Positions 26,707-32,000 of a stretch of DNA of 32,000 nucleotides are shown piece after piece. Source of the DNA: Proteobacteria bacterium UBA6503 (GTDB lineage Bacteria; Pseudomonadota; Alphaproteobacteria; UBA1280; UBA6503). The position numbers were made by a program, and so were the translations under genes. Each line of letters opens with the position of its first letter. Positions within the stretch are counted from its first letter, which is position 1. The notes beneath the pieces are model-generated. The model was given only the letters and a program-made list of their open reading frames with translations, had not been told where the DNA came from and searched no databases. Location of the stretch: NCBI GenBank assembly GCA_002436405.1, contig DJLZ01000005.1, positions 635,463 through 667,462 on the forward strand. Direction: 5' to 3'.

Positions 26707-26958
26707 TTATTTAGTTGAAGCCGCTGACTCGTCGGTCAGTACTTCCCAGCGCTTCAAGCGTGAGAATGGCTTGCATTCGATAATTTTAACCGATGCACCT
26801 TCCTGCAATTGGTTTGACTCGTCATGAGCATGAAATTTCTTGCTGTGACGGATCGTCTTACCATACAGAGGGTGCTTAACCGCGCGGTCAACGCGTACGA
26901 CTACAGTTTTGTCAGACTTAGTGCTAACAACTGTACCCTTCAAAATACGACGTGGCAT
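26707..26958 (-). CDS. rpsQ: 30S ribosomal protein uS17
   Basis: Start moved to ATG 26958 ('[23 protein letters not shown]...', 83 aa). The longer ORF would overlap the rpmC 3' end. Confidence 0.93.
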   Translation of the reverse strand: MPRRILKGTVVSTKSDKTVVVRVDRAVKHPLYGKTIRHSKKFHAHDESNQLQEGASVKIIECKPFSRLKRWEVLTDESAASTK

Positions 26959-26959
26959 T

Positions 26960-27175
26960 TTACTTCGCCTCCACTGATGCACCTGAGGTGCGTTGGTTCA
27001 TTTCTGTTTTCAAGCGGGCAATGTCGCGACGCACTTCGCTAGAGCGGTGTGTCTTCTCCAATTGGCCAGTGGCCTTTTGGAAACGTAGGCCCATTTGCTC
27101 CTTACGAAGCTCTAGCAGCTTGTCTTTGACCTGATCGTTGCTCAGGGCACGGATTTCTTGTGCTTTCATAGTCAC
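26960..27175 (-). CDS. rpmC: 50S ribosomal protein uL29
   Basis: 71-aa ORF '...[40 protein letters not shown]...'. Confidence 0.93.
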   Translation of the reverse strand: MTMKAQEIRALSNDQVKDKLLELRKEQMGLRFQKATGQLEKTHRSSEVRRDIARLKTEMNQRTSGASVEAK

Positions 27176-27199
27176 TATCCTTAGTTACTTTGGGCCCGA

Positions 27200-27610
27200 C
27201 TAGAAGTCGCGGCTTACCATTGTTGTTTTAACAGGTAGCTTGTTCGCAGCAAGACGGAACGCCTCACGTGCTACTTCTTCTTTCACGCCTGCCATTTCGT
27301 ACATAATACGACCTGGTTTTACGCGAGCTACCCAGTATTCTGGGTTACCTTTACCTTTACCCTGACGTACTTCTGCCGGTTTTTTCGACACAGGTACATC
27401 TGGGAAGATGCGGATCCAAATACGACCACCACGAGCAATGTAACGAGTCATCGCACGACGTGCTGCCTCGATCTGGCGCGCTGTAATACGCGCTGGCTCT
27501 AGGCTTTTAAGGCCGAATTCGCCGAAGTTTACTTCAGACCCACCCTTAGCCATACCATGGATACGACCTTTATGGGCTTTACGAAACTTTGTTTTCTTGG
27601 GTTGCAACAT
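27200..27610 (-). CDS. rplP: 50S ribosomal protein uL16
   Basis: 136-aa ORF '[24 protein letters not shown]...'. Confidence 0.97.
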   Translation of the reverse strand: MLQPKKTKFRKAHKGRIHGMAKGGSEVNFGEFGLKSLEPARITARQIEAARRAMTRYIARGGRIWIRIFPDVPVSKKPAEVRQGKGKGNPEYWVARVKPGRIMYEMAGVKEEVAREAFRLAANKLPVKTTMVSRDF

Positions 27611-27651
27611 AGCAATTATTCCTCACTTTTCAAGTACTATTCGTCAAATAA

Positions 27652-28308
27652 TTATTGTGATGACGAATCTGTACGGTCAATTTCAACCTTTTCACCGTGG
27701 TTCAACCATACCTTAATACCGATAATACCGTAGGTTGGTTTCGAACGTGCAACACCGTAATCGATGTCTGAACGTAGGGTGTGTAGAGGTAGGTTACCTT
27801 CGCGGTACCACTCTGTACGTGCAATATCAGCACCACCCAAACGGCCAGATACGTTAATACGGATACCTTTAACGCCTTGTGACATGGCGTTTTGTACGGC
27901 ACGCTTCATAGCGCGACGGAAGGCAACACGACGTTCGATCTGTGATGCGATGCTTTCAGCGATAAGCTGGGCGTCAGCGTCAGGGCGACGAACTTCAACG
28001 ATGTTTACGAATACTTCTGAAGAAGTTAGCTCGCTTAGAGCTTTTTTCAGAGTTTCGATGTCTTGACCTTTTTTACCAATAATCACACCAGGGCGTGCTG
28101 TGTGGATAAACACACGGCATTTTTGCGCTGGGCGTTCGATTACGATTTTTGAAACACTAGCACCTTTAAGACGCTTGTTCAAAAATTCGCGAATTTTGTG
28201 ATCTTCTTCTAGCAAGCCAGCGTAGTCCGCTTTGTTAGCAAACCAGCGTGAGTCCCAAGTGCGGTTAACACCTAGGCGCAGACCAATTGGATTAACTTTC
28301 TGTCCCAT
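27652..28308 (-). CDS. rpsC: 30S ribosomal protein uS3
   Basis: Start moved to ATG 28308 ('[23 protein letters not shown]...', 218 aa). TAATG overlap with the rplV stop. Confidence 0.95.
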   Translation of the reverse strand: MGQKVNPIGLRLGVNRTWDSRWFANKADYAGLLEEDHKIREFLNKRLKGASVSKIVIERPAQKCRVFIHTARPGVIIGKKGQDIETLKKALSELTSSEVFVNIVEVRRPDADAQLIAESIASQIERRVAFRRAMKRAVQNAMSQGVKGIRINVSGRLGGADIARTEWYREGNLPLHTLRSDIDYGVARSKPTYGIIGIKVWLNHGEKVEIDRTDSSSQ

Positions 28309-28697
28309 TATTTCTGACCCTCTTTTGCTTGCTTTTCTGCCACAACAATAGTCATGTGGCAAGTTGGTTTAAGAATACGAGCACCGCGACCGCGACCACG
28401 AGCGTGCCAGCGTTTCATTACGATGCTTTTGTCAGCAAACGCACGTGAAACAACTAGGTTGTCGATGTTCAGGTTGTGGTTGTTCTCGGCATTCGCAATA
28501 GCAGACTCCAGAACACCTTTTGCTAGTTTAGCGGTCTTCTTTGGAGAGAAAGTAAGAGCAGCTAGAGCGTCTTCTACTTTCTTGCCTTTAATCATATCTA
28601 GTACCAGGCCAGCTTTCTGTGGGCTTGTGCGCACAGTACGTAGCACTGCTTGTGCTTCGTTCTCAGCCAGGCGACGAGGTTGTTTTTGCTTAGACAT
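28308..28697 (-). CDS. rplV: 50S ribosomal protein uL22
   Basis: 129-aa ORF '...[35 protein letters not shown]...'. Confidence 0.95.
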   Translation of the reverse strand: MSKQKQPRRLAENEAQAVLRTVRTSPQKAGLVLDMIKGKKVEDALAALTFSPKKTAKLAKGVLESAIANAENNHNLNIDNLVVSRAFADKSIVMKRWHARGRGRGARILKPTCHMTIVVAEKQAKEGQK

Positions 28698-28711
28698 TTA
28701 TCAAGCCCTCT

Positions 28712-28987
28712 CTATTTCTTCTTAACCTTGGCATCGCCATGGCCAGAATAAGTACGTGTTGGAGCAAATTCACCTAGTTTGTGACCAACCATGTTGTCGG
28801 TCACTAGAACTGGTACAAATTTGCGGCCGTTGTGCACAGCAAATGTCAAACCTACAAATTCAGGCATGATCATGCTGCGACGTGACCAAGTTTTAATAAC
28901 AGTCTTCTTGCTTGTTTCAAGAGCTGCGTCAACCTTTGAAGACAAATGGTGGTCTACAAAAGGCCCTTTTTTCAATGAACGTGGCAT
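28712..28987 (-). CDS. rpsS: 30S ribosomal protein uS19
   Basis: 91-aa ORF '[15 protein letters not shown]...[25 protein letters not shown]...'. Confidence 0.97.
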   Translation of the reverse strand: MPRSLKKGPFVDHHLSSKVDAALETSKKTVIKTWSRRSMIMPEFVGLTFAVHNGRKFVPVLVTDNMVGHKLGEFAPTRTYSGHGDAKVKKK

Positions 28988-29006
28988 TTAATTAACTCCC
29001 TTTGCC

Positions 29007-29837
29007 TTATTTCTTATGACGCGAACGAACGATAAGCTTGTTCGAAGGCTTCTTACGGCTGCGTGTACGGTAACCCTTAGTAGGTACACCCCAAGGTGTA
29101 ACTGGGTGACGGCCACCAGATGTCTTACCTTCACCACCACCGTGTGGGTGATCGATCGGGTTCATAACAACACCACGAACGGTAGGACGGATGCCCAACC
29201 AGCGCTTACGGCCAGCTTTACCTAGTTCTGAGTTGCCATGGTCTGGGTTTGAAACAGCACCAATTGTTGCCATGCAGGTTTCTAGTACGCGACGACGCTC
29301 GCCTGACGGCATACGTAGCATTGCGTAGCCACCGTCTTTACCAACAAGCTGAACGTATGCACCAGCTGAACGAGCCATTTGACCGCCCTTGCCTGGTTTT
29401 AGTTCAACGTTGTGAACGATGGTACCCACTGGGATGTTTTTAAGGGCTAGCGCGTTACCTGGAGTAATTTCGCTGCCTTCACCTGACATTAGCTTGTCGC
29501 CAGCTTTAACACGTTGTGGGGCTAGAATGTAAGCTAGCTCACCATCTTCGTATTTAAGCAGAGCTAGGAACGCTGTACGGTTTGGATCGTATTCCAAGCG
29601 CTCAACGTTAGCAATCATGCCAGTTTTGTTACGTTTAAAGTCAACAAGACGCAGCTTACGCTTGTGACCACCACCACGGTGGCGCACAGTAATGCGACCT
29701 GCGTTGTTACGGCCTGCGGTTTTCTTCTTAGTAACCAGCAAGCTTTTAACAGGTTTCTCGTTTGACAATTCACTACGGTCAACCGTGATAAGGTGACGGC
29801 GACCTGGAGATGTTGGTTTGTATGTTACCAATGCCAT
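29007..29837 (-). CDS. rplB: 50S ribosomal protein uL2
   Basis: 276-aa ORF '...[31 protein letters not shown]...'. Confidence 0.97.
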   Translation of the reverse strand: MALVTYKPTSPGRRHLITVDRSELSNEKPVKSLLVTKKKTAGRNNAGRITVRHRGGGHKRKLRLVDFKRNKTGMIANVERLEYDPNRTAFLALLKYEDGELAYILAPQRVKAGDKLMSGEGSEITPGNALALKNIPVGTIVHNVELKPGKGGQMARSAGAYVQLVGKDGGYAMLRMPSGERRRVLETCMATIGAVSNPDHGNSELGKAGRKRWLGIRPTVRGVVMNPIDHPHGGGEGKTSGGRHPVTPWGVPTKGYRTRSRKKPSNKLIVRSRHKK

Positions 29838-29855
29838 TGTCTTAGTTCCTTTATA

Positions 29856-30167
29856 TTAGATGCCAGTACCAAGGTCGATGTTGTCACCCTGTTTCAGAGT
29901 AACGTAGGCCTTGCGGATATCGTTGCGCTTACCCATGATGCCACGGAAGCGTTTTACTTTGCCTGCAATGTTAACTGTGTTCACTTTAGTTACAGTTACA
30001 CCGTACATTGCTTCAACGGCTTTTTTAACGTCTACCTTAGTGGCGTTTGGCGCAATGTTGAATACAACTTGGCCACGCTCACCGGCAACACTTGCTTTTT
30101 CGGTTACCACTGGTGACACGATAGTCTGTGTCATCCACTCGGTAATTTTTGCTTTAGTCTTAGCCAT
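29856..30167 (-). CDS. rplW: 50S ribosomal protein uL23
   Basis: 103-aa ORF '...IVSPVVTEKASVAGERGQVVFNIAPNATKVDVKKAVEAMYGVTV...'. An internal ATG at codon 12 is a possible alternative start. Confidence 0.92.
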   Translation of the reverse strand: MAKTKAKITEWMTQTIVSPVVTEKASVAGERGQVVFNIAPNATKVDVKKAVEAMYGVTVTKVNTVNIAGKVKRFRGIMGKRNDIRKAYVTLKQGDNIDLGTGI

Positions 30168-30172
30168 TTTAC

Positions 30173-30796
30173 TTAGCTCCGTGTTACGCGTGCTTCTAGC
30201 ATCGGCACAGCGGTTTTTGTTACAACTAGCATGTCTGCACGTAGGATGTCGTATACGTTAGCGCCTTCTGTAGGAAGAACCTTAACGTGTGGCAAGTTAC
30301 GTGTAGCTAGTTCGAAGTTCTTGTCGTTGCTGTCAACGATGAACAAAGCGTTTTGTAGTGAAAGCTTAGAAAGCTTAGTCGCCATGTCCTTAGTTTTTGG
30401 TGATGAAGACTTAGCTTCGTCCAAAATAACTAGTTTCTTGTCAGCTGCTTTGCTTGCTAGTGCTGAAGCCAAACCCATTGCGCGGATTTGCTTAGGTAGC
30501 GACGTAGCAAATGAACGTGGCTTAGGACCGAACGCGCGGCCACCGCCAACGAAAATGTTTGAGCGACGTGAGCCGTGACGAGCGTTACCGCTGCCTTTTT
30601 GACGACCCCATTTAGCACCTGTACGTGCGATTTCAGCACGAGTTAGTGTTGAAGCTGTGCCAGCGCGGCGCTTTGCCAACTGCCATAGTACAACACGGTG
30701 CATGATGTCTTTACGCACTTCTCCGCCAAAAGTAGATTTTGGTAGGTCAATGCTTTCCAGCTTTTTGCCGTCTAGATTGATTACATCAAGTTTCAT
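30173..30796 (-). CDS. rplD: 50S ribosomal protein uL4
   Basis: 207-aa ORF '...WGRQKGSGNARHGSRRSNIFVGGGRAFGPKPRSF...'. Confidence 0.96.
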   Translation of the reverse strand: MKLDVINLDGKKLESIDLPKSTFGGEVRKDIMHRVVLWQLAKRRAGTASTLTRAEIARTGAKWGRQKGSGNARHGSRRSNIFVGGGRAFGPKPRSFATSLPKQIRAMGLASALASKAADKKLVILDEAKSSSPKTKDMATKLSKLSLQNALFIVDSNDKNFELATRNLPHVKVLPTEGANVYDILRADMLVVTKTAVPMLEARVTRS

Positions 30797-30821
30797 TGTC
30801 TTTATCCTCTACTTTGCCGGA

Positions 30822-31469
30822 CTATTTGTTTGTTTGTGGTTTTTTAACCGCGTCGATAACGCGAACCACACTACCTTTAGCACCTGGCACTGAACCTTTA
30901 ATAAGGATCAAACCGCGGTCAGCATCAACTGATACAACTTGCAAGTTCTGCTGTGTACGTGTGCGGTTACCCATTTGACCAGCCATTTTCTTGCCTTTGA
31001 ATACCTTACCAGGATCCTGACATTGACCAGTTGAACCGTGTGAACGGTGAGAAACAGACACACCGTGTGATGCACGCAGACCACCAAAGTTGTGGCGCTT
31101 CATCGCCCCTGCGAAACCTTTACCGATTGTTGTGCCTTGCACATCAACGTATTGGCCTTCAGAGAAGATGTCGGTTTTAATTTCTGAACCCACTTCCAGC
31201 ATGTTCTCAGCTGAAACGCGGAATTCTTTTAGGTTTTTCTTAGGCTCAACCTTAGCTTTGGCGAAGTGGCCTAGCTGAGGCTTAGCAATACGGCTTGGCT
31301 TAGCGTTTTGCTCGCCAACCTGAATAGCTGTGTAACCGTTTTTCTCGTCAGTAAGCTGTTGTGTTACCTGTAGGTCTTTAACCTGCAGAACAGTTACCGG
31401 GATATCGCGGCCTTCTTCAGAGAAAACACGAGTCATACCAACTTTAGTAGCAATAATACCTGTACGCAT
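30822..31469 (-). CDS. rplC: 50S ribosomal protein uL3
   Basis: 215-aa ORF '[30 protein letters not shown]...'. Confidence 0.96.
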   Translation of the reverse strand: MRTGIIATKVGMTRVFSEEGRDIPVTVLQVKDLQVTQQLTDEKNGYTAIQVGEQNAKPSRIAKPQLGHFAKAKVEPKKNLKEFRVSAENMLEVGSEIKTDIFSEGQYVDVQGTTIGKGFAGAMKRHNFGGLRASHGVSVSHRSHGSTGQCQDPGKVFKGKKMAGQMGNRTRTQQNLQVVSVDADRGLILIKGSVPGAKGSVVRVIDAVKKPQTNK

Positions 31470-31485
31470 TAGTCAATCCCTCCGC

Positions 31486-31797
31486 TTACAGTTTAATTTG
31501 CACATCAACGCCTGAGGCTAGGTCTAGCTTCATTAGGGCATCGATTGTTTGTGGTGTTGGCTCAACAATTTCAAGCATACGCTTGTGCGTACGGATCTCG
31601 AACTGCTCACGTGATTTTTTGTTCACGTGTGGGCTACGAAGAACAGTGAACTTCTCGATGCGTGTAGGCAACGGGATAGGACCATGAACTTGTGCGCCTG
31701 TGCGCTTAGCGGTATCTACGATCTCGCTTGTTGATTTGTCTAGCACACGGTAGTCGTATGCTTTTAGACGAATGCGAATGTTTTGTGTTACATCCAT
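31486..31797 (-). CDS. rpsJ: 30S ribosomal protein uS10
   Basis: 103-aa ORF '...[39 protein letters not shown]...'. Confidence 0.97.
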   Translation of the reverse strand: MDVTQNIRIRLKAYDYRVLDKSTSEIVDTAKRTGAQVHGPIPLPTRIEKFTVLRSPHVNKKSREQFEIRTHKRMLEIVEPTPQTIDALMKLDLASGVDVQIKL

Positions 31798-31821
31798 TTT
31801 CTTTTCTCCTTAAGAGCATTC

Positions 31822-31848
31822 GAGAGGCGGTTTCCTGTCCCGCCTCTC
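31822..31848 (-). promoter_or_regulatory. stem-loop in tuf-rpsJ intergenic leader
   Basis: Minus-strand reading is GAGAGGCGG-gacaggaaa-CCGCCTCTC (perfect 9-bp stem), located 24 nt upstream of the rpsJ ATG. No U run follows it. Confidence 0.35.
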
Positions 31849-31883
31849 CAGAGGCTCTGATTTACTTTAAGCTTAGTTACAAC

Positions 31884-32000
31884 TTATTTTGTAATTTCAG
31901 CAACAACACCAGCACCTACAGTACGGCCGCCTTCACGAATAGCGAAGCGTAGGCCTTTGTCCATAGCGATAGGAGCGATTAGCTCAACGTTCATTTCAAC
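31884..32000 (-). CDS. tuf: elongation factor Tu, 3' end only (gene continues beyond window)
   Basis: My translation of the minus strand is '...[38 protein letters not shown]', a canonical EF-Tu C-terminus. It lies immediately upstream of rpsJ, as is usual. Confidence 0.9.
   Translation of the reverse strand, partial: VEMNVELIAPIAMDKGLRFAIREGGRTVGAGVVAEITK

Noticed and set aside
1-32000. Scan for CRISPR arrays, tRNA/rRNA genes and long dispersed repeats
   Set aside because: Intergenic spacers are short (245 nt or less) and AT-rich, with only terminator-type hairpins. No repeat-spacer periodicity and no cloverleaf-like sequence was seen by eye. A computational scan (tRNAscan, Infernal, self-dotplot) would be needed to be certain.

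Overview
Bacterial chromosomal window, roughly mid-40s % GC by eye, made up almost entirely of housekeeping genes. From 17.0 to 32.0 kb on the minus strand lie the 3' end of tuf and a complete S10-spc-alpha ribosomal super-operon: rpsJ-rplC-rplD-rplW-rplB-rpsS-rplV-rpsC-rplP-rpmC-rpsQ-rplN-rplX-rplE-rpsN-rpsH-rplF-rplR-rpsE-rpmD-rplO | secY-adk-infA-rpmJ | rpsM-rpsK-rpoA-rplQ. From 0 to 15.8 kb lie hisS, a RodZ-like gene, rpsU, a UbiG-like methyltransferase, grxC, comF, a second SAM-methyltransferase, a nitroreductase, an alpha/beta hydrolase, gltX, an EEP-family nuclease/phosphatase, a Nudix (MutT-like) hydrolase, secA, an M23 peptidase, a parvulin PPIase and a lipoprotein. The grxC-comF-methyltransferase and mutT-secA-PPIase neighbourhoods, and the absence of rpsD from the alpha operon, resemble Alphaproteobacteria, but I cannot name the organism. 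I found no rRNA, tRNA, CRISPR array, IS element, integrase or prophage module. The one clear anomaly is a single gene at 15878-16870 (minus strand). Its G+C content (about 63-72% in hand-counted 60-nt blocks) and G/C-ending codon usage change abruptly at its stop and start codons. It sits in its own terminator-bounded slot next to rplQ and encodes a 330-aa protein I cannot assign to any family, with a K/R/Q-rich tail. I see no multi-gene novel system, so the best candidate is this single foreign-looking gene. Secondary observations are histone-H1-like Lys/Ala/Pro tails on L17, S5 and RodZ, a strong intrinsic terminator inside the spc operon before secY, and several small palindromes and hairpins.
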